64,000 nt of DNA from an uncultured virus (IMG/VR IMGVR_UViG_3300030618_000013) (lineage: Duplodnaviria; Heunggongvirae; Uroviricota; Caudoviricetes), in the IMG/VR virus record IMGVR_UViG_3300030618_000013; one strand, 5' to 3'. The translations under genes were made by a program, and so were the position numbers. Below the pieces are notes generated by a model. The model ran no database searches. It was not told the origin of the DNA and saw only the letters and a program-made list of their open reading frames with translations. Positions 18,800-29,147 of the stretch are shown here, piece by piece; positions within the stretch are counted from its first letter, which is position 1; every line of letters begins with the position of its first letter.

Positions 18800-20203
18800 A
18801 TGGCAAAATCTAATGTTGTGCAAGATACTGATCGTAGTTCTAAACTGAAGCCAAAAGGTGGGGATGGGGACAAGCTCACACTGGACACGCAGGCTGTAAG
18901 CGATCAACAAAAGCAGGATAAGGTAAAGGCCCTTGCATTTCAGTTTCCGACCCGCAAGTCTATTGAGGCTGCGAAAAAAGCACAGGCCAAAAATCAACCA
19001 GATATTCGCATTATTGCTTGTGCTTGGTACATTCATCCCAAACGGGGGCCTGGACAGGCGCTATCAGTTCAAGACTGCGATCCTAACCATGCGTGGTTGA
19101 GTTTTCTGGATGGGAAATATCTAGTTGAGATTTCTGATCTTACTCCAGCACTTAGGTCAGATGTCAATAAGGCAGGGAGCGTCGTCAATAATAGTCAGCT
19201 TGTAGAATTTCCTGAAAAAGTTAAACTGCCGGACTTCAGGCCCGGTGATTGGTACAGTCATCCTCAATATGGTACCGGTCAAGTGGTGGAGTTTCCGTTT
19301 TCCAGTGATTTGGACATTCGCTTAAACTTTTCAGATAAGACAAGTTACGTTCTTAAAGAACACTTGAGTTTAGCCACTGATGCTGAAATTGATAAAGCCA
19401 AGATCTCTAATCTGTTGTCAAAGACTGCTATAAAATCGACCAAGAAAACAAAGAAGAGCCGGTCTAGCGTGGACCAGACTAGTTGCACAGTCACAGTAGC
19501 CAACCAGAAACCCGTGATCAGTGATGTCGTCTACAAAAACGGCAAGTGCGTGTCCTTGGTCCACAACGGTGTAAAGTTCGCGGTTGATATGGCAGCCAGA
19601 GACAAGTCTAGTGGAGAACTTCTTGGTCTAATTGTTGATCTTGATTTTGATCCTTATTGCGAATGGCACTCAGTTTGGGTTGACGACACTTTTGCTAAAT
19701 CCGATGAAGACAATGATGCCACTGAGCATTTGATGTGTGACGTTATACCTGAATCCTGGTGGGCCTCTGGGACCTCCGTCTATCACAAAGTGTTTGGTAA
19801 TGGTGTAGTAGTTGAAGCTACCCATCCGAAAACATTGGTGACCTTGGTAGACTTTGAACAAGTGCTAACTCCTGGCTTAACGTTAGTTCCTTCCTCAGAA
19901 CTTGAACTAGATGAGGACGGAGACGAAAGTTCAGATGAGTGCGAAGCCGAAGCCGAAGAACCAACTCCGAGTCAGGCACAGGCACGCATCAAGTTTAAAG
20001 AACTAGAATTCTTCCGCCCATTCCTTCATGTTGGTTGCACCTGGATCAAGGTCGGTAACTCAACGGGTATTCGCTGCGAGGTCCGTGGTGATAGTCAAGA
20101 GCCGTTCGCTATGCTTGCGACATTGAGTCACCCAAAGTCCACGACAGCAAAACGTCGTTTCCGTCAGACTGATTTGGTTGGTATCTACCCGTTTCCCGAA
20201 TAA
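18800..20203 (+). CDS. protein with three HxxY/F/RGxGxV Tudor-like repeats
   Basis: WYIHPKRGPGQA, WYSHPQYGTGQVV, VYHKVFGNGVVV; start moved to ATG 18800. Confidence 0.65.
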   Translation: MAKSNVVQDTDRSSKLKPKGGDGDKLTLDTQAVSDQQKQDKVKALAFQFPTRKSIEAAKKAQAKNQPDIRIIACAWYIHPKRGPGQALSVQDCDPNHAWLSFLDGKYLVEISDLTPALRSDVNKAGSVVNNSQLVEFPEKVKLPDFRPGDWYSHPQYGTGQVVEFPFSSDLDIRLNFSDKTSYVLKEHLSLATDAEIDKAKISNLLSKTAIKSTKKTKKSRSSVDQTSCTVTVANQKPVISDVVYKNGKCVSLVHNGVKFAVDMAARDKSSGELLGLIVDLDFDPYCEWHSVWVDDTFAKSDEDNDATEHLMCDVIPESWWASGTSVYHKVFGNGVVVEATHPKTLVTLVDFEQVLTPGLTLVPSSELELDEDGDESSDECEAEAEEPTPSQAQARIKFKELEFFRPFLHVGCTWIKVGNSTGIRCEVRGDSQEPFAMLATLSHPKSTTAKRRFRQTDLVGIYPFPE

Positions 20204-20352
20204 TGCACAAACCGTAATTTAATGATTCAGTTCGAGGATTTAAAAACAAATTTATTTTCTCGAACAACATTGTTTGTCTTGTAGTAAATACTATGTGTGC
20301 ATTACAATAAACGTGCATGCAATTAAAACCCCTCCCTCAAAGGAAATTCAAA

Positions 20353-20778
20353 ATGGCAACGTCTCAAGAAAACGTAGTGCAACAAGCAAAGAACATTGCG
20401 GCAGTAGTCGCAAATCTGAGTCGTGAAAATGCAAAGCTGACAGCTCAGAATGAAAAGCTGTCGGAACGCATTGAAAACATCAAGGCTCGCGCTGCAGCTG
20501 CTAAGGAAAAGGCTGAAGCTAAGGGCACGACCCAAGGTAAGAAGCTGGGTGCCCCGAAGGGTCCGCGTGCCAAGCGTGCAGCTGAGGAAGATGACGAGCC
20601 GGTACGTAAGGTTCGTGCTAACGCCAAAGTCCAAGCTGCCCCGGCACCGAAGGCTAAAGTAGCCAACACCAAGGGTAAAGTTGAGAATAAGATCCGTCCG
20701 CAAGCAACAAAGCCGGGTCCGAAAGTTCCGGCGCAAACCAAGGTCAAGAAAATCAGCAAGGACGATTTCTTGATTTAA
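20353..20778 (+). CDS. coiled-coil, K/A-rich histone-like protein
   Basis: AAGGA RBS; N-terminal heptads and KAPK-rich tail. Confidence 0.75.
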   Translation: MATSQENVVQQAKNIAAVVANLSRENAKLTAQNEKLSERIENIKARAAAAKEKAEAKGTTQGKKLGAPKGPRAKRAAEEDDEPVRKVRANAKVQAAPAPKAKVANTKGKVENKIRPQATKPGPKVPAQTKVKKISKDDFLI

Positions 20779-20817
20779 TAGCTGAATCAGTATACGTTTG
20801 GTAACTGAAGGAAACAA

Positions 20818-20860
20818 AAGAATGGGGCTTACTCAAGGTCAAGAGTTCGGCCCCATTCTT
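20818..20860 (+). terminator. stem-loop
   Basis: AAGAATGGGGC / GCCCCATTCTT 11 bp inverted repeat followed by TATTT. Confidence 0.6.
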
Positions 20861-20901
20861 TATTTGGAATTCAATTTTAGTACAAGCCACTAGAGAAACG
20901 T

Positions 20902-21897
20902 ATGAAAAACGCGACACGGGTTGTTGACTCAAATTTTGATCGTTATCAAGCACGACAAGGCTTATCAGCAAAGAACCAATCGCAGTTGACGAAACTCATA
21001 CCTTTACTCCAAGTCGGGTCCAAGGCCGGACCCGATGACGCACAGATAGGGACCAAATTAGAACGTAGAGTTTCAGCACTAACCGACTTGAGATTTGAAC
21101 TGCGAAAATCCGCAGCCAGTCTGGCGGCATTACCAGTTGTAGCTAAAGAATTAAAGCTCAAGAAGTTAACGATTGCTAGGCGTAAGCTTGAGCTCCTATT
21201 CAAGGCTCCGGTCCCCCACGGACTAGGCAAGGTCCTGAAATCATATATGAATGAACTCACAACACTCAGAGAAGGTGTGTTCATAGGTGACATAGAAGAG
21301 TCTATGCTTGAAGTGACTGAGTTGCCGAAGGCCTTAGTAGAAATCGACAAACAATTGGTTAAGGCTAAAGCCAGTTTAGCAAAGCACCAACGATTATTAT
21401 TGGGTGAAGACGCCGATCCCCTGTTTTCTGTTGATGCCGCATCAATTATTGAACGTCTTTCTAAAGACAGCAAGAACCTAGAATCGCTGAAGGATAAAGA
21501 CTTTGTAATCTCCAGAATTCCTGTTATACCGATTGCTCTAAAGTCCATGCACTATGAAACACTCAAGGCCAATGGGTTTAACGTTGACTCGATTGGTGGC
21601 TACCCTGTGGTTCACGGCCAGCTTGTGATAGGCATCAACCCCAAGTCTGTGAAGCTCAGCAAACGCCATGCTGACGGGCAGGAAGTGCCTAGGGACAAAT
21701 GGCTACAAGTGGCGTTCGCGGTGAAAAAATTAATTGAACTCCAGCTCAAAACTAAGCTATCATTTGTGGAAGAAAAGCCCTGTGGTATGGCTGGTGGAGC
21801 CTGGTTCTGGGTCATGCCTAGTTCTGAGGTCACGCTGTTTGCCAAGGCCTTCCCAGGATCACATATACTGTTGAAATCCTGGGGGCCAGCCTTTTAA
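20902..21897 (+). CDS. hypothetical protein
   Basis: 331 aa ORF. Confidence 0.75.
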   Translation: MKNATRVVDSNFDRYQARQGLSAKNQSQLTKLIPLLQVGSKAGPDDAQIGTKLERRVSALTDLRFELRKSAASLAALPVVAKELKLKKLTIARRKLELLFKAPVPHGLGKVLKSYMNELTTLREGVFIGDIEESMLEVTELPKALVEIDKQLVKAKASLAKHQRLLLGEDADPLFSVDAASIIERLSKDSKNLESLKDKDFVISRIPVIPIALKSMHYETLKANGFNVDSIGGYPVVHGQLVIGINPKSVKLSKRHADGQEVPRDKWLQVAFAVKKLIELQLKTKLSFVEEKPCGMAGGAWFWVMPSSEVTLFAKAFPGSHILLKSWGPAF

Positions 21898-21916
21898 TGT
21901 TTGATTAGGAAAAATC

Positions 21917-22498
21917 ATGGAAGAGCATCTTGCAACTCAGTTAATAGAACCACTTGACGACTCCCTAGTGGAGTATGTTAAGAAATTGCTTGTCTCCAGA
22001 ATAAGAGAGAAGAAGGCGAAGCCAACAACAAAATATCATGGAGCCGACGTTTATTTTCTCGGCGACAAACAGAACGGCTACTCTATTCTTGCACGTGATA
22101 ACGAAATCTTGTACTTCGTTAGATATGAAGCCGTGAAGCACAACAGGCTTGAGCTGGGGCGTCAGGTTTTGGTGTGGTCCAACAAAACCGATCCCGCTTC
22201 TGCTGGGTTTGCGGCCCACATCTTCTTTGACTATTTGCTGCCAAAGTACAAGGCACTTATTGCAGACAAGCAGCAGACCTCACAAGGCCAAAGATTTTGG
22301 ACCTACGCTATTAATCGTGCACTGGAAAGCAATTTGCGGGTTTATTTCTTAAACCGAAGGACATCACCAAACAAACTGATAGAGCTTCGTTCTATAGAAG
22401 ATGCGGTTCAACATCGTAAGGATTTATGGGGCACTGAAGCGGGACATTTGAGGACGTTCGCAGCTATCAGCCAAATTCCTTTGCAGATCAAAACTTGA
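21917..22498 (+). CDS. hypothetical protein, possible GNAT-like fold
   Basis: LIADKQQTSQGQRFW resembles the SDxxQTxxGxxFW motif of phage GNAT-like proteins; function uncertain. Confidence 0.5.
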   Translation: MEEHLATQLIEPLDDSLVEYVKKLLVSRIREKKAKPTTKYHGADVYFLGDKQNGYSILARDNEILYFVRYEAVKHNRLELGRQVLVWSNKTDPASAGFAAHIFFDYLLPKYKALIADKQQTSQGQRFWTYAINRALESNLRVYFLNRRTSPNKLIELRSIEDAVQHRKDLWGTEAGHLRTFAAISQIPLQIKT

Positions 22499-22506
22499 GG
22501 CATCAA

Positions 22507-23010
22507 ATGTTAGTCTATCAATTATTGGTTTTACCATCCAAAGAAACATTGAGCTATTTGTCGAATGTTTTTAGCGGCTGTCCATTTGACTTGAACTTGA
22601 ACCAAACCTTTGTTGAAATCAATTCTTCGGCGCATGAAATGGAAGTTGATCAAGAGGCATTCTATGAGGCTCAGGCTGGCACGGCCAAAGTATATTTTGA
22701 CACCTCGACTATGACATCGTCCTTGTTACTTCCGTTGACCAGTAGATCGCTAACTGACCGTTGTCTTGAAGTCCGCGAGCACGCACCATCTGCTTTCTAC
22801 GGTGATCACTATTTTCCGCATTTAGTGATCAAAACAGATATGCCCTCGTTGAGCCGGTCTTACCGCAGCTTTATTATCAGTATTTCGAACAGCCTGCAGG
22901 GTTCTTATCAACCCCTTACTTTTGACGCTGAGCTTATTTCAGCATCTGACTTTCATTCGGTGCCTCAAGCAGATTTTTATGCATCAATGATGGCTGAGAC
23001 TCAACGCTAA
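22507..23010 (+). CDS. 2H phosphoesterase-fold protein (T4 gp57B/Acb1-like), degenerate motifs
   Basis: Pattern SKETL..L / SLLLPLTSRSLTDR / YFPHLVI / PLTFDAE parallels gp57B; first HxT absent. Confidence 0.5.
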   Translation: MLVYQLLVLPSKETLSYLSNVFSGCPFDLNLNQTFVEINSSAHEMEVDQEAFYEAQAGTAKVYFDTSTMTSSLLLPLTSRSLTDRCLEVREHAPSAFYGDHYFPHLVIKTDMPSLSRSYRSFIISISNSLQGSYQPLTFDAELISASDFHSVPQADFYASMMAETQR

Positions 23011-23093
23011 AACTTAAAGCTAGCTAGTAAATACACTATAGTTTCACACATACCAAATTCATCTAAGCTATCGAAAAGGCTATCTGGCAGTTC

Positions 23094-23498
23094 TTGCCCC
23101 CAACCCAATCCCAAATAAATTCAAAGTTAAAATTAATCGTGACTCAAATCAGCTTAAGTCTAGCAAAACCAAAAATGGGTGAATCCTGTAATGGTTGCGG
23201 TTATTGCTGTTCTGTCGAACCTTGTATGTTGGCTCAAGAATTCCTGGGCTGTATTACTGGTCCTTGTATAGCTCTGGAGAGAACAGAAACCAAATTTATT
23301 TGCGGACTAGTCCGCGACCCTCTCGGCTATTTATTCAAAGCTGCACATCCAAATGCTGAGGTTTCTGTCCTAGAAGCACCCAGAAGTGCTGTTGGTGACG
23401 AACTAGCCAATGAGATTGCAGCTGCTCTAGGTATTGGTCTTGGCTGTGACTCTGACGATAGTGACCAGGCTGCTGACTGGTTAGCAACCATGTCTTAA
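23094..23498 (+). CDS. Cys-rich putative Fe-S/zinc protein
   Basis: KPKMGESCNGCGYCC..EPC, GPCIAL, CGL, GCDS; start uncertain. Confidence 0.65.
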   Translation: MPPTQSQINSKLKLIVTQISLSLAKPKMGESCNGCGYCCSVEPCMLAQEFLGCITGPCIALERTETKFICGLVRDPLGYLFKAAHPNAEVSVLEAPRSAVGDELANEIAAALGIGLGCDSDDSDQAADWLATMS

Positions 23499-23521
23499 CT
23501 TGTAACCAACTGGAGTTAATC

Positions 23522-23968
23522 ATGGACTCAATAGTTCTTGACCACTGTTGGGTGTGTCGTTCTAAGTTCGTAGGCTGCGGTGGCTCGGCCAACAGAGAGG
23601 AACATCATATAGTCCCCCGTGCAGCTGGCGGCTCTGACGGGCCCACGGTGTCTCTGTGCGATGGACACCATACTTGCCTACACAAAATCGCGCTGAGCAT
23701 CAAGTCTAAAAAACCCTATTTTCAACTTTTGCTAGGTGAGCCGGACGAGGCTAAACAGAAAATATTGTGGTTGGCAACACGTGTTTTTAATGCGTTCGAA
23801 GCTGTAAAAAATGATCCAAACAAACGAGTCGTTGTTATACTAACGCTTGATCGAAAAAAGCAGCATCAGTTAGAAGTACTAAAGAAAGTGTATCCAAGCT
23901 TGCGCAGTAGAGAGGCCTTGATTAATCTAGCCTTAGACAATTTGTACCGTAGACACTTCTCAGACTAA
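23522..23968 (+). CDS. HNH endonuclease-family protein
   Basis: CWVC..EEHHIVPRAAGG..VSLCDGHH..LH. Confidence 0.75.
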   Translation: MDSIVLDHCWVCRSKFVGCGGSANREEHHIVPRAAGGSDGPTVSLCDGHHTCLHKIALSIKSKKPYFQLLLGEPDEAKQKILWLATRVFNAFEAVKNDPNKRVVVILTLDRKKQHQLEVLKKVYPSLRSREALINLALDNLYRRHFSD

Positions 23969-23998
23969 ATCCACAAAGACAACAACGGAGTACGCAAA

Positions 23999-24373
23999 AT
24001 GAGTGCGCAAATGAATGACGGCGATGTGGTTCTTATCCATCTCAAGACCGGTGTTGTTCTGCTGACCAAGGCCACATTCGAATCAGAACTAAGCGACGAA
24101 GAAAGTCCTGGACTGCGGGTTCACAGAGCCTTAGAAGTGGTGCCCACACGTAACCCTCAAACGGGGGCACCTGCACTTACATTAAGCCCTTGGCTAAGTC
24201 TAGGTGGGTTTCTACCGACCTTAGAATCATTGGTTCTACCCGATGACCTTGTATTAGTCATGCTGCCCGCGCCACAAGCCTTGGTCAATGACTACATCAA
24301 GGCAACGACCAGTATTCAGGTGGCCCAGTCCCTGCCCCAGACCCAGCAAAATAAATCCAGTATTATTGTGTAG
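23999..24373 (+). CDS. Sm-like-fold phage protein
   Basis: LIHLKTG..L, LSPW, LVNDY..ATTSI pattern of T4-type small Sm-like proteins. Confidence 0.45.
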   Translation: MSAQMNDGDVVLIHLKTGVVLLTKATFESELSDEESPGLRVHRALEVVPTRNPQTGAPALTLSPWLSLGGFLPTLESLVLPDDLVLVMLPAPQALVNDYIKATTSIQVAQSLPQTQQNKSSIIV

Positions 24374-24522
24374 TGTAGGCCACGCGTAATGTAGCCCATC
24401 TATACTTGGGACTCGGGGCTACATTAGTTCACAAGGGATCTAGACCTTTGATTAGGGACTAGGCTACACATTAAGGGACTCATACTAGACAGTGTTTGAG
24501 GCCTTAACTAGGATCACAGAGC

Positions 24523-25233
24523 ATGTTGAAAAAAGACTCGCTGGGTACTGCAAGCGCAAAGTCCTTAAGTGAAGCATTTCGCTGCAACGAGTGTCTGCAT
24601 TACAAACATCATGCACACTCAAGTAGAGACAAAGTATGTATCGAGGAGGGAGTGAAGGGCGTGGGTATTGCCCCTCGTTGTTTCACCCCTGACGTCACTC
24701 AAGTAGCTAAAAATAGCGATCAGTTTGTACAGATTGCTTCTCTGTTTCAAAATTTCACTACCAAAGAACGTAAGATATTTCTAGGCTTGCTCAGGGACCA
24801 GCGCAAGCGTCAATTCGAGATGGGAACCAAACTCTATTTCAAGGTGGGTCGCGACTTCGTTTCAAACTATCTGGCTGCTTTCGTCATGGGTTATACCTCG
24901 GGTGGTCAACTTATACTCATGGGTAGTCCTGACAAGCGCACACGTGGCTCATCCTTTGTTTCTTATATCAATCAAAATTCAGAAGGACTTATGACGGCCC
25001 AGCAGTGGCGAGTCAAGCGCACTGAACTGCAACTAGCCAACAAGATTCATGATCCCAATAATAAAGTGATTGTACGAAACTCTATTATCGATGCGTATGA
25101 ACCGCCGACTATCGATACGTTTCCCCAAATGTTTGATACTAAAGATAAGTCCAAGACTAGCTCTAAGTCCAGGTCCCGGCGAAGTCGCGTTGCCGATGTT
25201 GTGGATCAATTGAGTTTCAATATCACACGTTGA
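24523..25233 (+). CDS. hypothetical protein with CxxC motif
   Basis: 236 aa; FRCNECLHY..C..C. Confidence 0.7.
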   Translation: MLKKDSLGTASAKSLSEAFRCNECLHYKHHAHSSRDKVCIEEGVKGVGIAPRCFTPDVTQVAKNSDQFVQIASLFQNFTTKERKIFLGLLRDQRKRQFEMGTKLYFKVGRDFVSNYLAAFVMGYTSGGQLILMGSPDKRTRGSSFVSYINQNSEGLMTAQQWRVKRTELQLANKIHDPNNKVIVRNSIIDAYEPPTIDTFPQMFDTKDKSKTSSKSRSRRSRVADVVDQLSFNITR

Positions 25234-26225
25234 ATTGTACTTATACGTATTCAAGACTCGTCGGGGGACTTAACATGTTGCAAAATAAATTGGGGCTATC
25301 CAGTCATGAGATGGCATATGTTGGCGGTGCTTTATTTGCTTATCTGTTTCACAGACCGGATATTGATCAACGAACACTAGTCAAACTAGTAGGTGACCCT
25401 GAGAAGGCCGAACGTGTACTCTCTATGGTGCGAACAGACGGAGAGGTGTTAAAGAACTGCAAGCTGTATGCTTGGGCCTTCTACAAATCTAGGTTCGGTT
25501 CACCTAAGCCAAAGGCCTCTGACTTTGGAGTCACTTTAAAAGATGCTAAGTTTCTATCTAGGTTGAATCTGAAACACTTGCCTTTGACTTATCCTGCATA
25601 CTCGGTGGAGGACTTCGATACCTTAGTCTCGGACACGATTACTGGTCAGTCCTTGTCCTCGTACATCGGAAAGTTTATCAGCAAGAAGATGACTTTTCTG
25701 ATCAAGAGTTATGGTGTACGCAGGGATGATCTGCAAGCCGACATGGAGACAGCAGCAATAAAGGCGTTGTATATGTCGTACCCACGTTTTGAATCGTTGC
25801 TGCACTTTGAGAACACGGCAAAATCAGCGATTCACAACACAGGACAGACCTTAATTACTTATCACACGAGTCCCGGACGACAACGCTTGTACGTCAACCA
25901 CGAGGGTATGACCGAGAGCTATCATGTACAGGTGGATGAAGTACTGTCTTTGGAGGCCCCTAGCACCTATTTAGCGCATGCTAAGGAGCATCTGGAGGCC
26001 CTAGTAAATATATCGCACAGGGTTCGTGAGGACGCGCAAGAATTTTTGTTGTGTTGTGCCGGACACTTCCATGAAGGATTTTCTGAATTCTTGGGATCCG
26101 ACAATTCGGTATTAGTTGATAATGTAGCATTCAGCAGGTACCAGAAGAAGGCTCAAACTTACTTCGGGTACACGGATAATCAGGTTCAAAAACTATTCAC
26201 AAGGTTGCAACAACACATAAGATAA
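25230..26225 (+). CDS. hypothetical protein
   Basis: 331 aa ORF; start may be the later ATG (MLQNK). Confidence 0.7.
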   Translation: MNCTYTYSRLVGGLNMLQNKLGLSSHEMAYVGGALFAYLFHRPDIDQRTLVKLVGDPEKAERVLSMVRTDGEVLKNCKLYAWAFYKSRFGSPKPKASDFGVTLKDAKFLSRLNLKHLPLTYPAYSVEDFDTLVSDTITGQSLSSYIGKFISKKMTFLIKSYGVRRDDLQADMETAAIKALYMSYPRFESLLHFENTAKSAIHNTGQTLITYHTSPGRQRLYVNHEGMTESYHVQVDEVLSLEAPSTYLAHAKEHLEALVNISHRVREDAQEFLLCCAGHFHEGFSEFLGSDNSVLVDNVAFSRYQKKAQTYFGYTDNQVQKLFTRLQQHIR

Positions 26226-27565
26226 ATGGAGAGTCCTATGTACGAGCATGAAGCTGGTGACCGTGATCTAGGCGAAATCGAGTTGCAGAATTCGCTACGC
26301 GAAAGGCAAGAAGTATTCGCCGCGAAATTTGGATTAACGTTGGCTCAATTTCTAAAGCTCACACACGTATGTAGGACTGAAGAACTGGTGACGGTCCTTG
26401 AACTGCTGAAGGTAAAGAAACACAAGACGCAGTTCAGGGCTCGTATGCATTTGCATCTCAAGAATTGGTTGGACAACGATGGCTTCGGCAAGCCCTTCAC
26501 CAGTTCACAATTCGGTTGGCTTAAACCGACGTGGCCTATTACATGGCAACTCCCACGTCTTTCATATTGATATATTAATTGGAGCTTTCTACCATGGTAC
26601 AAAACGTAAAACGTCGATTCAGCACTAGCCCTTTGACTAAGGCAGAGGCTGCAGGATTCAGCGCCAATATTGATTATGCAGATGCCTTGACTAATATTAA
26701 AAACGCTGTAAACTCTCTCAGTGAATGTTTGCCAGACGGGAACTCTGAGTCCTCAGAAATTCAGTTCACTAGGCTTCAGGTTGGTGTTCACAAACTGGGT
26801 GCTTTTCTTAGAGCTAAGGGTCTGAATGTAAGTCCGGTATTAAGCGAGTCAAGGGCTGCTGTAGCTCTGCTGATGGCCCTGAGTCAGGAGCCAGAGTCAG
26901 AAGAAACAGAATTGACATCCGACATGACAAATGTAGCCTGACATGACAAAAGCTATTTCTGATTTGAAGTGCAAGCGCTATCGTCCGTGCACCAACTATG
27001 GACCGCCTGACATAGACCTTCTAGTGGAAGACGAAACGGGTGACTACGTGAAGGCTATAGACGTGTTTCGAAGCCTGCATCGAATGACTAAGAGCGGACG
27101 ACTGACCGTAGACACGGCTAATCGTATAATTCAACAACTAGGCTTAAAATAGAGAATCTAATGTCCGCAACCACAGTGCTAGATTTACAAGGTGAAGTCC
27201 AGGCCTTTGCCATACCGAACCTCAATGTTGAGGGCACGGTTACGCGAAGCTTGATGCCTGTTGCTGCGGATTCAACTAAGCCTATCAAAGACTACATATT
27301 TGACGTGAAGTGTAGGGTGGCCTCTGCATACTACGATTTCATCATCTACAAATCCGGAACAATTTGGCAATCTCGATATTTGTATGTGCGTAATGTCCAC
27401 GGTTACGTACTGAGCATTCATACATTCGTCATGGAGGCCAAGACAGAAACCAAGTTGTTCGAAATGGCTATTGAAGCCCTAACCATGTTCGTTGACAATG
27501 GTGTGCTTCTGACTGAGTCAGTTCGTGACTTACAAGCGGGTGACCGACATGTTGATGATGAATAA
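26226..27565 (+). CDS. four small hypothetical genes (26226-26570, 26594-26941, 26943-27152, 27161-27565)
   Basis: Abutting + strand ORFs. Confidence 0.6.
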
Positions 27566-27720
27566 TCATGAGCCTTGATAAACAATTCAGCGGATATCCC
27601 TATAATATATTTGGGATAAGGAATAGTTTAGAGCCTATAGTGGCTCTCCGGAATAAGTGGTAGACAACATGATTCCTCCGCACAATAGGAAATCGGATTA
27701 ACTGGTAGAAAGGAGCTGAT

Positions 27721-28185
27721 ATGGGTTACACATTTACGGTTGGCAACGCAGTGCCCGTGCATCACAAAGACTATTTCCCACACCTGAGCGCAAGATGGGA
27801 GGTGGAGAGCAAGGAACTTGACGAGGCCCCATCGTTTCCTGGTGACGAGATGACAGGAAAAAGCAATTCACGGAGCCCGACGTATTCCGCGTGGTCAGAT
27901 TTTTGCCGTGCGACTAGTCTGTACGAATTTTTCTACGATGCACGGGGGCACCTTCATGCAGATCATCCTGGCTGTATCGGAATAACGCAAGAAGATGCTG
28001 ACTTTGTAACTGCTGCGTTGAATCGGTACCGGTCGATCTCGACCCTTCCCGCAGGATTTGAGAAGGACTGGACTTACGAGGGGTCCGCGAACTATGACTA
28101 CCACCTTGCTCGGCTGATGTGGCTTGAGTTCTGGATGCAGTGGGCAGTGAAGAACTGCGAAACACCAGCCATCCAGAACAATTGA
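27721..28185 (+). CDS. hypothetical protein
   Basis: 154 aa ORF, strong AAGGAG RBS. Confidence 0.75.
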   Translation: MGYTFTVGNAVPVHHKDYFPHLSARWEVESKELDEAPSFPGDEMTGKSNSRSPTYSAWSDFCRATSLYEFFYDARGHLHADHPGCIGITQEDADFVTAALNRYRSISTLPAGFEKDWTYEGSANYDYHLARLMWLEFWMQWAVKNCETPAIQNN

Positions 28186-28192
28186 TAGCCCA

Positions 28193-28306
28193 ATGACGGA
28201 CATTCTGAGACTTCCGGGCCGGACGCCGACCAGCATCAACGAGACCGACGAGGGTATGACTATTCACGCGGTGTACACCTGTGGTCCTGAGGCTTGCCCG
28301 ACATGA
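28193..28306 (+). pseudogene. possible N-terminal fragment of an ISL3-like transposase
   Basis: MTDILRLPG..IHAVY..PEACPT* stops in the middle of what would be a CxxC zinc ribbon. Confidence 0.35.
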
Positions 28307-29106
28307 TTAAATCTAAAACGAAATTAGCTCAGCTTACTGAAGCTTTAGTGACTCACGTGAAACATAACGGACCTGGTCTCACTACTGGTCGTTTAACTGA
28401 GAAAGATAAACAGCGGTTGTTAAAGGCTCAGGCCAAGCGCGACAGTAAAGCCTTTAAATTGAGGACTAAAGAATGACCACTTATTCACGGCCCTTCAGTT
28501 GTTTATGTGATGGACTAACCGTATCTGGTGATATCCAATCAACACGTAACGGCGGCATCTGTGATTATTCTGTGGACGTTCGGAGCCTCAATATGACTTT
28601 CACAATGGTACTTGTTTCGACAATGCCTGTCTTGTATGCAGTGCCCCAAGTACACAATCTTGAACTCATGGATGGAGCACCTATAAGGGTTGTTGACATA
28701 CGTAACTTACGACCGAGTCCTAGATTAGCAGGACCGCAGGCCTTTGAATACGGAATCCAAGAGTGTGTTAAGTGGCATAAACAGTTAGTGGTGGACCGGA
28801 GCCTTAATCATGACTGATCCTGATTTTCAGACTAAAGCTGACGCCCTTTTGTCTGACGGCTCCTTAGTAGACTTCAAATCAGACATTGACTTTGGTAGCA
28901 TGGAACTTAACGTGTTCAGGATGTTGGCTTACCGCGCAGGACGGTCCGGAAAAAGTGAAGCTTTATTAAATGCTTGTTTCTATTGCTTGAAGTCTAGGTT
29001 TGGGGATAAGTCCGAGTCCAAAACTAAGCCAAAGCCGGTTGAGGCAAAACAAAACTATCTGGCCTTAAACTTGAGTGCCTACGGAAATAAAAAGCGTAAG
29101 CGTTAA
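28303..29106 (+). CDS. three small hypothetical genes (28303-28476, 28473-28817, 28810-29106)
   Basis: Overlapping start/stop coupling. Confidence 0.55.
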
Positions 29107-29147
29107 ATTATTCAAGCTAGTCAAGCTAGTAACCGAGACTACTGAAT

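Noticed and set aside
25230..26225. Phage sigma factor
   Set aside because: Size and helical character are compatible, but I cannot identify sigma region 2 or 4 motifs by eye; needs a profile search.
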